From the NCBI GenBank assembly GCA_046045965.1, contig JBJOKS010000034.1:1-45425 (forward strand): a stretch of 45,425 bases of DNA. The letters run 5' to 3'. The translations under genes were made by a program, and so were the position numbers. Under the pieces are notes generated by a model. The model searched no databases and was not told where the DNA came from. It saw only the letters and a program-made list of their open reading frames with translations. Below are positions 9,269 to 19,120 of the stretch, piece by piece (positions within the stretch are counted from its first letter, which is position 1; the number at the start of each line of letters is the position of its first letter). The DNA is from Cyanobacteriota bacterium. Its GTDB lineage: Bacteria > Cyanobacteriota > Cyanobacteriia > Cyanobacteriales > Nostocaceae.

Positions 9269-9386
9269 ATGAATCAAGGGATTCAGGGGTAAAAAAGGGT
9301 AAGAAAGTGCAAGCCATAGAGATTAAAACCATCAAAAACTGCTCACTTTTTCCTCTAAAGGAACTATTCAAAAGCTGCTTCTAATT

Positions 9387-9424
<38 letters not shown>

Positions 9425-9501
9425 GCCTTAACGGCTAAATGATTTATTCCTAAGTCTACTCCTAAAACCTGGTTTTTTAGGTATTTCACTTATTTCTACT
9501 T

Positions 9502-10146
9502 CTATATAATTGCTCGTTTGACAAACAAAGCCCGATAAACTGGTTCACCCTTTTTTTGTGTTGCTATTTCCCGTTCTGTGGGAATTGGAAGCGGATTTTC
9601 TGCTAACCATTCCTCTGTACCAATCTTTTCCAATGCCGGATTTTCCCTAAAGCGATCGCACATTTCTACAGCCATAAATTTCTGATCAGATTGCAAAAAT
9701 ATAACCCCACCCACAGCCAAATAATTAGCTAATTCAGTCACTAATTCTGGTTGCACTACACGCCGTTTAGCATGACGAGTTTTAAACCAAGGATCAGGAA
9801 ATTGAATTGTTACCCGCTGTAATATTCCTGATGGCAAAGTAGATAAAATCGGTGCTAAAGAATTATTTACATTGCAAAACAAATAATGCAAATTGGTTAA
9901 ACCCAATTCAGAACCCAACCTATTAGCCTCCATCACCAAAGGTTCTCGAATTTCTAAACCTAAAAAATTCCAGTTCGGTTCTATTGGTGCCATTTGGAGT
10001 AAAAACCTGCCCCTAGCACAACCAATATCTAAATGCAGGGGTTGGTTTGGCTGTGTATAAACTTTTTCCCATGCGAGGGGGTCAACAGGCGTTTGAAACT
10101 TTCTCGCTAGTGGGTTAACGTGCTGACGCACTCGAATCAATGCCAT
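9502..10146 (-). CDS. trmB: tRNA (guanine-N7)-methyltransferase
   Basis: RVRQHVNPL, LDIGCARG, FPDPWFK and PTERE; AGGAG precedes the ATG at 10146. Confidence 0.96.
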   Translation of the reverse strand: MALIRVRQHVNPLARKFQTPVDPLAWEKVYTQPNQPLHLDIGCARGRFLLQMAPIEPNWNFLGLEIREPLVMEANRLGSELGLTNLHYLFCNVNNSLAPILSTLPSGILQRVTIQFPDPWFKTRHAKRRVVQPELVTELANYLAVGGVIFLQSDQKFMAVEMCDRFRENPALEKIGTEEWLAENPLPIPTEREIATQKKGEPVYRALFVKRAII

Positions 10147-10303
10147 AATGAACACTCCTGGAGGTAAAATTTAGGTAAAAAAATTTAAACATAAATGTAT
10201 ACAAATATTAAGTCTAATTGATGCTACGCAGTCAGACAAAGCAGGAGTTATACTTTTGAGAAAAGAGTATTTGCATTTTTCGTTTTAACATTTTCTTAAA
10301 TCA

Positions 10304-11410
10304 ATGGATATCAACTTTCGCTTTGCCATAGTTAGTGACTTACATACAGCACTACCCCATACAATTTGGGATCATCCCAGTCGATTCCATCTAGTGGAAG
10401 TCAGTATCTCAGCCTTTGAAAGTGTATTAGAACATTTAACACAACTTGATTTAGACTTTCTCTTGATCCCCGGAGACTTAACCCAACACGGGGAACCAGA
10501 AAATCATGCTTGGTTGGCAAAAAGGTTATCTCAGCTACCTTTTCCCGCCTATGTAGTTCCTGGTAATCATGATGTTCCCGTATTCATGGCCAATGAGCAA
10601 TCTATCGCTTTTGCAGATTTTCCCCATTATTACCGCAAGTTTGGTTATGAAAATCCAGATCAATGTTACTACAATTGTCAACTACTGCCAGGAGTCCGGC
10701 TGATTGGTTTAAATTCTAACTCGTTTGATGAGCATGGTAAACAGATAGGGCGTTTAGATGATCAACAATTCCAGTGGTTAGAAACAGAACTAGCCGCAAT
10801 GGGTGATGAATTAGTTGTGGTGATGATACATCACAACGTTGTTGAGCATTTGCCAAATCAATCAAATCATCCTATGGCAAATCGCTATATGTTAGAAAAT
10901 GCGCCAGAACTTTTAAGTTTACTACGTAAACATGGAGTCAGATTAGTATTTACCGGACATTTACACGTTCAGGATGTAGCCTGTGCAGATGGAGTCTATG
11001 ATATTACTACTGGTTCATTAGTCAGCTATCCCCATCCCTATCGTGTCTTGGAATTTGAACGAGATCATCTAGGTAGGGAATGGTTACAAATTGTCTCTCA
11101 TCGCGTGGAATCAGTACCAGATTTCCCCAACTTGCAAGAGTCATCAAGACAATGGATGGGCGATCGCTCCTTCCCCTTCCTGATCAAATTACTCACCTTA
11201 CCACCCCTAAACCTCCCCTTAAACCAAGCCCAACAACTAGCTCCCGATTTGCGGGACTTTTGGGCAACTATAGCCGATGGAGATGGCGTTTTAGACTACC
11301 CTGAATTTCCCCTGGAAGTACGTCGCTACATTCAAAAATATGGCGCGATTACTCATGGTGGTAATCCTGCCTCAATTGATAATAACAGTAGACTTTTAAT
11401 TGGTAATTAA
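10304..11410 (+). CDS. Calcineurin-like metallophosphoesterase
   Basis: SDLH, GDLT, GNHD, HH and GHLH motifs. Confidence 0.92.
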   Translation: MDINFRFAIVSDLHTALPHTIWDHPSRFHLVEVSISAFESVLEHLTQLDLDFLLIPGDLTQHGEPENHAWLAKRLSQLPFPAYVVPGNHDVPVFMANEQSIAFADFPHYYRKFGYENPDQCYYNCQLLPGVRLIGLNSNSFDEHGKQIGRLDDQQFQWLETELAAMGDELVVVMIHHNVVEHLPNQSNHPMANRYMLENAPELLSLLRKHGVRLVFTGHLHVQDVACADGVYDITTGSLVSYPHPYRVLEFERDHLGREWLQIVSHRVESVPDFPNLQESSRQWMGDRSFPFLIKLLTLPPLNLPLNQAQQLAPDLRDFWATIADGDGVLDYPEFPLEVRRYIQKYGAITHGGNPASIDNNSRLLIGN

Positions 11411-11618
11411 TTCCCCCGGCTGTATTGCTAACAAACAAGTGGCTCCCCTGAAAAAGGGGACTTGGATTCAGTTTTACCCCTTACAAAGGGGGTGCTAACG
11501 GTAATCAATAGGTACAAAGATACAGTTAACTACTTTTCAAACAACCTGTTAGAACAGATGAGAAATGATTTTCAAGCAAAATCAACTTATTTTTGGTAAA
11601 ATTTCACCTTTTTCTCAA

Positions 11619-13100
11619 TCAAATATCCAACAAACCATACCGCTTTTGCAAATTCAACAATTGCATTCTCGCTTCCCCAGCATTATCGGCTAAATCTGCA
11701 AATTCCACAAACCGCCGCAACTCCTTTTTTAACAAATTGCGTTCCACTTCAATAGCTTCTCGATCTAAATCTGGAGGTAAAACAATCATATCAAAAATTG
11801 TCGCTCGCTCCTTACCCGGATGGGGACGTAACACTCTACCACGACGCTGGATAAATTGCCGAGGATTACTGGAACTTGATAAAATTACCGCAGTTTGAAT
11901 TGCGGGAATATCCACACCTTCATCTAAACAACGAATAGCCACTAAACCTTGCAATTCTCCGCTTTCAAATTGTTGTCTTAAAATCTCCCTTTCTGTTAAA
12001 GAAGTGTGTGCGGTGTAGGTGCTGACTTTGTAACCCAATTCTGCACCCAAAATTTTCGCTACTGCTTTGAGTTGACGCAAAGATGAACGGTGTCCACTTT
12101 CCTGGGAACCATCGCTACAATAAAACAGAGTGTGGCTTGTTTCCTTGCGAGTTTGCATTAAGTCGCGTAAAGCCGTTAACTTATTTTCTGCTGCGCCTAC
12201 TAATCTAGCCCGTTTCATTAATAAAGATTTAATATCTTCAATATCTTCAAAATCACTTTCTTCTCGTTCTCGATGCTGAAGAGAACGCCCAATTCTCTTG
12301 GTTAATTTTAAATAAGCAATGCTTTCAATTTCCGTTAATTCTACGAGAACCGGATAATATAAATAATGTACTAAAGCCCCTTGATTAATAGCATCCTGCA
12401 AATTAAACTCCGGTTGTAATACAGAACCAAAATAGTCAAATAAAGATTGCGTACCCCCATCATCAAAATATCTTTCTGGTGTTGCAGACAAAGCTAGACG
12501 CAAACCTACATTACGGGGTAAACTTTCTTCTAACCTGGGTGCGCCCAAATTATGCGCTTCATCACCAATAATTAAAGTTTTAGGGGGAAAATATTTAAGT
12601 TGAGATTGCAACCCTTCACTAATTAAAGTCGAGTTAGTGGTGATCACCGTGACGAAACCTTGAGAACCGGAACGCAGATTATATAATTGCGTTGACAGTT
12701 GACTTTGCCAAGTACGTAAATTCTCGAAGGCTAGAATTGGCTGTAAGTGAAATTTTTCACATTCTCTAGCCCATTGGCTGACAAGATGACGGTAAGGACA
12801 CACCACCAACAAGACCTGTAAATCTATCTGTTTGTGAAGTTCGCAAGCGATCGCCAATGCAGTAATCGTCTTACCACTACCAGTAGCCATTTTTAGCGTC
12901 CCCCTACCATTATTAGCAAACCAGCTAGTAATAGCTTGACGTTGATATCCCCGCAGTTGCAGAGATAAAGGCATTTTTGGACATCCTGGTAAAGCTGACT
13001 TAACGTGATAACTGCCCCTATTCTCCCGCACAAACGGCAACTTGAGAGAAAAAGCAGGTTGTTTAGTTTGTTTTTTGATTGGCGATCGCGTTAAATACAT
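11619..13100 (-). CDS. SF2 (ResIII-like) helicase, resembling the family labelled 'DNA phosphorothioation system restriction enzyme'
   Basis: LRGYQ, MATGSGKT, DEAH, SAT, LDEGVDIP and QRRGRVLR motifs. Confidence 0.85.
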   Translation of the reverse strand: MYLTRSPIKKQTKQPAFSLKLPFVRENRGSYHVKSALPGCPKMPLSLQLRGYQRQAITSWFANNGRGTLKMATGSGKTITALAIACELHKQIDLQVLLVVCPYRHLVSQWARECEKFHLQPILAFENLRTWQSQLSTQLYNLRSGSQGFVTVITTNSTLISEGLQSQLKYFPPKTLIIGDEAHNLGAPRLEESLPRNVGLRLALSATPERYFDDGGTQSLFDYFGSVLQPEFNLQDAINQGALVHYLYYPVLVELTEIESIAYLKLTKRIGRSLQHREREESDFEDIEDIKSLLMKRARLVGAAENKLTALRDLMQTRKETSHTLFYCSDGSQESGHRSSLRQLKAVAKILGAELGYKVSTYTAHTSLTEREILRQQFESGELQGLVAIRCLDEGVDIPAIQTAVILSSSSNPRQFIQRRGRVLRPHPGKERATIFDMIVLPPDLDREAIEVERNLLKKELRRFVEFADLADNAGEARMQLLNLQKRYGLLDI

Positions 13101-13104
13101 GATG

Positions 13105-13230
13105 GTGGTAATTGGTGATTGGTAATTGGAAAAAAGGGAACAGGGAACAGGGAACAGGGAACAGGGAACAGGGAAGAATTTTGACTTTTGACTTTTGACT
13201 TTTGACTTAATTTGTCCCCAGTCCCCAGTA
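13105..13230. repeat. Cluster of STRR-type heptamers (TTGGTAA, GGGAACA, TTTTGAC, CCCCAGT)
   Basis: Directly visible; a similar composite lies at 30617-30722. Confidence 0.9.
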
Positions 13231-13238
13231 AAGAGTCC

Positions 13239-13844
13239 CTAATTATAATTTCGCCAAACACCGACTAAAGAACCTTGTACCTGTACCTGCATTGCTGGTA
13301 CTTCGATGGGTTGATACTGAGAATTAGCCGGTTTGAGAGTCACCATATCTTCCTGGAGATAGAAACGTTTTAAAGTAGTACCGTGTCCTTCCACCCTAGC
13401 GGCAACAATCGTACCATTTTTTAACTGATTGGGTTCTTGTACTGGACGCAAAAACACCACATCACCATCAGCAATCAAATCTTCAATCATGCTATCACCA
13501 GCAACCCGCAAAGCATAACTTTGGGGAGGTAGAGATAAATTAGCCAAGTCTAAATGTTCAACAGCATCGGTAAAAGGTTCAATTAAACCACCAGCAGCAA
13601 TAGTTCCTAAAATTGGTACACCTTGCTTAGTTTGTCGCAAAATCCGAATCGTTCGTGCCTTACCTTCAATCCACTCAATATATCCCTTATTGCGTAGATG
13701 TTCCAAGCGGCTTTGAATTGGTGCTGGTGACTTGAGATTCATCGCTTCCATCATTTGGCGAATAGAAGGCGAATACTGATTGATTCTGATATATTCTACC
13801 AACCATTCGTATAGTTCTTGTTGAACTTCTGTTAGTCTTTCCAT
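13239..13844 (-). CDS. lexA: LexA repressor
   Basis: HTH PSIRQM...SPAPIQSRL, Ala-Gly site IAAG, catalytic GDSM and TLKR. Confidence 0.97.
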   Translation of the reverse strand: MERLTEVQQELYEWLVEYIRINQYSPSIRQMMEAMNLKSPAPIQSRLEHLRNKGYIEWIEGKARTIRILRQTKQGVPILGTIAAGGLIEPFTDAVEHLDLANLSLPPQSYALRVAGDSMIEDLIADGDVVFLRPVQEPNQLKNGTIVAARVEGHGTTLKRFYLQEDMVTLKPANSQYQPIEVPAMQVQVQGSLVGVWRNYN

Positions 13845-13875
13845 AATTTTGTGGGGAAGTAATTACAAATGTCCC

Positions 13876-13891
13876 TAGAGCATTTGTACTA
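13876..13891 (-). promoter_or_regulatory. Cyanobacterial LexA box
   Basis: TAGTACAAATGCTCTA lies about 30 bp upstream of lexA, one mismatch from RGTAC-N3-DGTWCB. Confidence 0.7.
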
Positions 13892-14001
13892 CAAAAATCT
13901 TCCCTTAACAAGATTCAATTAAATATTAATGGTAATTGGTAATTGGTAATTGTTGATTGTTATTTATCTGACTCATTAGCTATTACCAATCACCAATCAC
14001 T

Positions 14002-14922
14002 TTATTTTGCTCCTAAAATACTTGCCAGTAAAGCTTTTTGAGCGTGTAATCTATTTTCTGCCTGATCCCAAACTTTTGATTGAGAACCTTCGATGACTTC
14101 ATCAGTAATTTCTTCACCACGATGGGCTGGTAAACAGTGTAAAACAATTGCCTCTGGATCGGCAAGACTTAATAATTGTTGAGAAATTTGATAGGGTTGA
14201 AAGATAGGAAGGCGGTTGTCTGCTTCTGACTCTTGCCCCATACTTGCCCAAACATCAGTATAAAGGACTTGTGCGCCTTTAGCTGCTGCTTCTGGATCAT
14301 GGGTGAGAATAACTTCAGTTTTACCACCAGCGATCGCCCTTGCTTTTTCCACAATTTCTGCATCTGGAGCATATCCCGAAGGAAAAGCTACCCTGACATT
14401 CATTCCTGCTAAAGCACAACCCAACATCAGGGAATTAGCCACATTATTACCATCTCCGACGTAGGTAAGAGTTAAACCAGCACAAGTGCCAAAACTCTCT
14501 TGAATTGTCAATAAATCAGCCAAAACCTGACAGGGATGTTCTAAGTCTGTCAGGGCATTAATTACCGGAATTTTGGCATAATTAGCAAAAATTTCCAAAT
14601 CCCGCTGGGCAAAAGTGCGAATTGCCAGGATATCCAAATAACGATCTAATACCCTAGCAGTATCCTGTATAGGTTCACCCCGACTCACTTGTGTGACATT
14701 AGGATTAAGGTCAATTACCTGTCCACCAAGTTGGTACATAGCGACGGTAAAGCTTACCCTTGTTCGAGTTGAAGCCTTAGAAAACAATAAACCCAAGACT
14801 TTATCACAATGCAACTTTAGCTTTTGTGACTTGAGTAGGGTGGCCATTTCTAGAAGTTCTTGCAGTTCTGTGGAACTCAGATCCGCCAGACCTAATAAAT
14901 CTCGTCCGATCAATGCTGCCAT
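14002..14922 (-). CDS. argF: Ornithine carbamoyltransferase
   Basis: STRTRVSF, HPCQ, YTDVWASMG, HCLP and QAENRLH. Confidence 0.98.
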   Translation of the reverse strand: MAALIGRDLLGLADLSSTELQELLEMATLLKSQKLKLHCDKVLGLLFSKASTRTRVSFTVAMYQLGGQVIDLNPNVTQVSRGEPIQDTARVLDRYLDILAIRTFAQRDLEIFANYAKIPVINALTDLEHPCQVLADLLTIQESFGTCAGLTLTYVGDGNNVANSLMLGCALAGMNVRVAFPSGYAPDAEIVEKARAIAGGKTEVILTHDPEAAAKGAQVLYTDVWASMGQESEADNRLPIFQPYQISQQLLSLADPEAIVLHCLPAHRGEEITDEVIEGSQSKVWDQAENRLHAQKALLASILGAK

Positions 14923-15220
14923 GCTGATGATTTGTAAATAATAATGTTTTTCTGTAGCTTCACTTAGCCGCGTCAACAGGAATACAGTCTTAAAACTGTA
15001 CCAAATATTGTTGCCTTGATCTACGGGATTGCAGTGAGCTTGGTGATAAATGATAATTTTTCAACTTCAATACACAAGTTCGCTTTTTATGCAAGTATCT
15101 TCATGCTGAAAATTAACCGTAATTCGGGGAAGAAATTTTTTTGTCAAAAACACTAGACAAATTTCTGGTTTATGATATGATTATAAATCGGTGGATGTCT
15201 TAAAAAACATTACCAAACAG

Positions 15221-15292
15221 GCCAGCATAGCACAGTGGTAGTGCATCCGACTTGTAATCGGAAGGTCGCAGGTTCAAATCCAGCTGCTGGCT
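15221..15292 (+). tRNA. trnT: tRNA-Thr(UGU)
   Basis: Acceptor stem GCCAGCA/TGCTGGC, anticodon arm TCCGA-CT TGT AA-TCGGA, T loop TTCAAAT; CCA not encoded. Confidence 0.96.
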
Positions 15293-15409
15293 TTTTTTAT
15301 TTCAACTAAACATTCACAGAAATTAAGTTGGCATTTTATTGTTTAAGCTGTCTAAATCCAATTTAGGTATATTAAACTGCTAACAGCATACTTTTTATAG
15401 GAAAGCAAT

Positions 15410-16390
15410 ATGCAAACTAACCAAACATTATCCTTACCGAGTATGGGATGTGGAACATGGGCTTGGGGAAACCAACTGCTTTGGGGATACAATGAAAGCA
15501 TGGATGACCAATTACAACAGGTATTTAACCTCTGTGTGAGTAATGGTGTCACCTTGTTTGATACAGGAGACTCCTATGGTACAGGAAGATTAAATGGACG
15601 CAGTGAGTCACTTTTAGGTAAGTTTACCAGAGAATATCAAGGATTAAATCAAGATCATATTTGTATTGCTACCAAGTTAGCAGCTTATCCTTGGAGATGG
15701 ACAAGAAAATCAATTATTTCTGCTTGTAATGCTTCTGCGACAAGATTAGGAAAAAACGTTGATTTAGTGCAGATGCACTGGTCAACTGCCAATTATGCAC
15801 CTTGGCAAGAAATAGGTTTATTAGATGGTTTAGCTGATTTATATGCACAGGGTTTAGTTAAAGGTGTAGGATTATCTAATTACGGTACAAAACGACTTTT
15901 ATGGGTACATAAAAGATTTCAGGAAAGGGGAATACCGATTAAAACTTTGCAGGTACAATATTCTTTATTATCTACCTATCCAGTTACAGAATTAGGTTTA
16001 AAAGATGTATGTGATGATTTGGGAATTAAACTCATTGCTTATAGTCCCTTAGCTTTGGGTTTATTAACAGGTAAGTTTGCAGAAAATGGTAAATTTCCTA
16101 AAGGTGTAAGAGGGATTTTATTTAAACAGATTTTACCAGGAATTCAAGGCGTTTTAGGCACTTTGCGAGAAATAGCAAATACGCGAAATAAAACCATGTC
16201 ACAAGTTGCTATTAACTGGTGTATTTGTAAAGGTGCAATTCCTATTCCTGGTGCTAAGAATTTAGAACAAGCAGAACAAAATATAGGTGCTTTGGGTTGG
16301 TTTTTGAGTGATGGAGAAGTTGCAGAGTTAGATAATGCTGCTGCTAGGTCTGAGAAAAAAATGGTGCAGAATATTTTTCAGACAAGATAA
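15410..16390 (+). CDS. Aldo/keto reductase
   Basis: GTWAWG, FDTGDSYG, IATK, VGLSNY, AYSPL and PIPGAK. Confidence 0.95.
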   Translation: MQTNQTLSLPSMGCGTWAWGNQLLWGYNESMDDQLQQVFNLCVSNGVTLFDTGDSYGTGRLNGRSESLLGKFTREYQGLNQDHICIATKLAAYPWRWTRKSIISACNASATRLGKNVDLVQMHWSTANYAPWQEIGLLDGLADLYAQGLVKGVGLSNYGTKRLLWVHKRFQERGIPIKTLQVQYSLLSTYPVTELGLKDVCDDLGIKLIAYSPLALGLLTGKFAENGKFPKGVRGILFKQILPGIQGVLGTLREIANTRNKTMSQVAINWCICKGAIPIPGAKNLEQAEQNIGALGWFLSDGEVAELDNAAARSEKKMVQNIFQTR

Positions 16391-16417
16391 TAATGATAAT
16401 ATGTAGTAATATATTTA

Positions 16418-16879
16418 TCAATTATCCAACAAATCATGCCAATTTTCTAAAGGAAAATCCCAAGCTTGTTGGATACGCTGAAAATCTCTATCTGCGGAAA
16501 CAATTGTGAGATAATTTTCAATAGCAGTTGCCGCAATCCATAAATCATTCTCACTTATACCTAATTCATGTATTCGGGTTTTCCGCCGTTTTTTTCGTTC
16601 TTTGGGACCAAAAAAATCCATAATTTTGGCTTTTAGCTTGGCATAAATCCGACTTGTATTACTATTCACATCATAAACAGGTATATCTGTCAAAAATTCC
16701 TCAATTATAGCTAAATTATCTACTACTGATGTAGAATTTTCAGCCATATATAATAACTCACCTTCAGTAATAGCTGAAATTGCAACATTAACAATACCAA
16801 CAGATTCTATCTTTGTAATAATGGTAGAATCACCAAAAATAGTAGAGCTACAGTGATTTGTGTCTAGAAGGTATATCAT
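16418..16879 (-). CDS. vapC: VapC-family PIN-domain toxin
   Basis: YLLDTN...EGELLY...ENDLWIAATA...SADRDF; the ATG overlaps the upstream stop (TAATG). Confidence 0.92.
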   Translation of the reverse strand: MIYLLDTNHCSSTIFGDSTIITKIESVGIVNVAISAITEGELLYMAENSTSVVDNLAIIEEFLTDIPVYDVNSNTSRIYAKLKAKIMDFFGPKERKKRRKTRIHELGISENDLWIAATAIENYLTIVSADRDFQRIQQAWDFPLENWHDLLDN

Positions 16880-17103
16880 TAAAATTCCGCCAACCCACGG
16901 GAAGATTCCACTATTTCTAAACATTCCTTCAGATCATCACCAACCCATTTTCCAGCATGACGAAGAATAGATTTTCCTGAACCTTGACGATGAGGAGGTT
17001 TAGACTGTTTTTGTTTAATTGTTTGGATAATATTTAGTGTTTCTATAAGCTCCATTTCTGACATTGAATTTATTTCTTGTATTAATAATTCCTTGGTTGT
17101 CAT
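16879..17103 (-). CDS. Cognate antitoxin candidate (DUF2281-like)
   Basis: Small ORF coupled to vapC, with a GSGKSILRHAGKWVGDDL motif. Confidence 0.8.
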   Translation of the reverse strand: MTTKELLIQEINSMSEMELIETLNIIQTIKQKQSKPPHRQGSGKSILRHAGKWVGDDLKECLEIVESSRGLAEF

Positions 17104-17174
17104 AATTTTGATCCTCATAAATCCTAATTAATTTTAATCTATTTTAATGAATTTTATAAGAAATTGGGAAATCC

Positions 17175-17208
17175 TATATAATATATTTTGTAACAAATAT
17201 ATTATATA
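17175..17208. promoter_or_regulatory. AT-rich inverted repeat upstream of the TA operon (possible operator)
   Basis: TATATAATATATTTTG-TAA-CAAATATATTATATA. Confidence 0.35.
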
Positions 17209-17247
17209 AGACTTATACACGAGGTGAAGTATTTTGCATAAGTCCTA
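17207..17247. mobile_element. Degenerate mini-MITE of the AGGACTTACGCA-TIR type
   Basis: AAGACTTATAC...GCATAAGTCCT resembles the ends of the element at 23943-24034. Confidence 0.4.
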
Positions 17248-17259
17248 AGTCATTTCAAT

Positions 17260-17835
17260 CTATTTAGGTATCCAAATGAGTTTTCCTTTCTGGCCAGGAT
17301 AAGCAGATCCTTCCTTCATGCGCCACTCGAAATATACTTCAACTGGTATGTTCAGGTTTTTTGCAAGATGTAGAGTATTACGCCATGCTAGATTTGCTTC
17401 TACTCCTTGGATCGAAATATCTATCTTTGGTAAGTAGTGGAAACCAGTGTCATTCTTCTCACCCTTGACAATTCTTGCTAAACTTAGTTCTATTAGAGCT
17501 TCCAAGGACAAACCTTGCTTCAATGCAAGTATATGTGCTTCATCAAGTATTTTGCTCCAGTTTGGCTGACGAATTTCCTTACCACCAATAAGAGATCGAA
17601 TCACCCTAGTATGGCGTAAATTACCAGGTGCTTCAGGATCAAGAACTACATAGTTTTCGCTCTCGGCTGATTGTTGTATTTCTCTATTGGCTGATTCTTG
17701 TGGCTGTTGACGTGCTTCATATTCACTTAACAGTCGCTCAATTACTGTAACAGGTGTGTCTTCAAAGGGAATAGCTATGGCTTGGAGTCTCTCGTAGGTA
17801 ATATCAGGTATTCTAATGACTGGCATGGTATTCAT
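17260..17835 (-). CDS. Hypothetical protein with N-terminal ribbon-helix-helix-like segment
   Basis: MPVIRIPDITYERLQAIA..FEDTPVTVIERLL, a linker, then a globular domain ending FEWR.KEGSAYPG. The likely start is 17835 or 17826. Confidence 0.75.
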   Translation of the reverse strand: MNTMPVIRIPDITYERLQAIAIPFEDTPVTVIERLLSEYEARQQPQESANREIQQSAESENYVVLDPEAPGNLRHTRVIRSLIGGKEIRQPNWSKILDEAHILALKQGLSLEALIELSLARIVKGEKNDTGFHYLPKIDISIQGVEANLAWRNTLHLAKNLNIPVEVYFEWRMKEGSAYPGQKGKLIWIPK

Positions 17836-18076
17836 GATATTTAATTTATTTAAATTTATTTGTAACACATATACAAAAAATGTCAATAGGAATCGGACTG
17901 GAATTTTGAACAGCACAAGATTGCGAGTATACATTTTTACATATAGTGGAATTGAATCATATGTAATTTGATTCATTTATACGAGTTAGTACTAGTCATT
18001 TTCGTGTGAAGAGAGTAATTTAATTTATAGTTATGATTCTTGCCAATAATTCTGTTGCATCCTTAATATTTCAACT

Positions 18077-18952
18077 ATGCTAGAAAAATCAAGATTGCTT
18101 TTCCCAAAAATTCCCAAATCTAATTATCAACCTCAAAGTCAAGATACAAATATAGAAGCTGATATTTATTTATTTCAAAGATTACGACAACTAACATTAA
18201 AACAACGCCTAGAAATGTTTATTTCCCATGAACGAGGGGTAAAAAAACTATGTCTTATAGGAATTAAATCACGATATCGAAATTTCACTATCCAGGAAAT
18301 TCGTGATAAATTTACTCGCGCTGTATTAGGAGAAAAATTTACTCCTGATTTTCAACCAAAAGGTATTGATGAAAATATGTGGATTCAAGACTCAATTTCT
18401 TTAGCAGGTGAACTACATCAAATTTTTGAATCAATTAATATTCCTTACTATGTAAGTGGTGGTGTTGCGAGTTCTATTCATGGAGAACCACGTTCTACTC
18501 ATGATTTAGATTTAGTTATAGAAATTAATCAAAATCAAATATATTTATTAGTAAAAACTTTAGAAGCATCTGGATATTATTGTCCAGCAGGTGCTGTAGA
18601 AGATTTGCAACGTGGATATGGTAATATGTTGAATATTACTCATACAGAAACTATCGCCAATGCTGATATCTATATTACAGATAATTCACCTTTCGCTATA
18701 TCGCAAATGAATCGGAGAGTGTTAGTTGATGTAGAGGAAATACCTAATTTTTGGATAGCTTCAGCAGAAGATATTATTTTACAAAAACTGCGTTGGGGGA
18801 AGGGAAGCAAATCAGAAAAACAATGGCGTGATGTTTTGGGTATAGTTAAGTTACAAGCAGAAAATTTAGATTATGGTTATTTAGTAGAATGGGTGGAAGT
18901 TTTAGATTTAATTGATGAGTTTAGTGAAGTATTAACTCAAGCTGGAATATGA
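18077..18952 (+). CDS. Nucleotidyltransferase-fold protein with extra N-terminal domain
   Basis: GGVASSIHGEPRSTHDLD motif, EDIILQKL and SEKQWRDV. Confidence 0.8.
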   Translation: MLEKSRLLFPKIPKSNYQPQSQDTNIEADIYLFQRLRQLTLKQRLEMFISHERGVKKLCLIGIKSRYRNFTIQEIRDKFTRAVLGEKFTPDFQPKGIDENMWIQDSISLAGELHQIFESINIPYYVSGGVASSIHGEPRSTHDLDLVIEINQNQIYLLVKTLEASGYYCPAGAVEDLQRGYGNMLNITHTETIANADIYITDNSPFAISQMNRRVLVDVEEIPNFWIASAEDIILQKLRWGKGSKSEKQWRDVLGIVKLQAENLDYGYLVEWVEVLDLIDEFSEVLTQAGI

Positions 18953-19088
18953 CATATAAGAGAATAAAAGTTGATGACCTTAATTTCACATACCCGACTT
19001 CTTCAAGAATTTGGGTATCTTATGTTGATCATCCCCATAATTTGCTAAACTCCAAAATCGGGAAAGATAAAAGTATTGGTTATTGGGA

Positions 19089-19117
19089 GCGATAGCGAAG
19101 CGCTCCGTAGGAATCGC
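19089..19117. repeat. SDR5-type 21-nt insertion in a HIP1 site
   Basis: GCGAT-AGCGAAGCGCTCCGTAGGA-ATCGC = HIP1 (8 nt) + 21 nt. Confidence 0.75.
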
Positions 19118-19120
19118 ACA

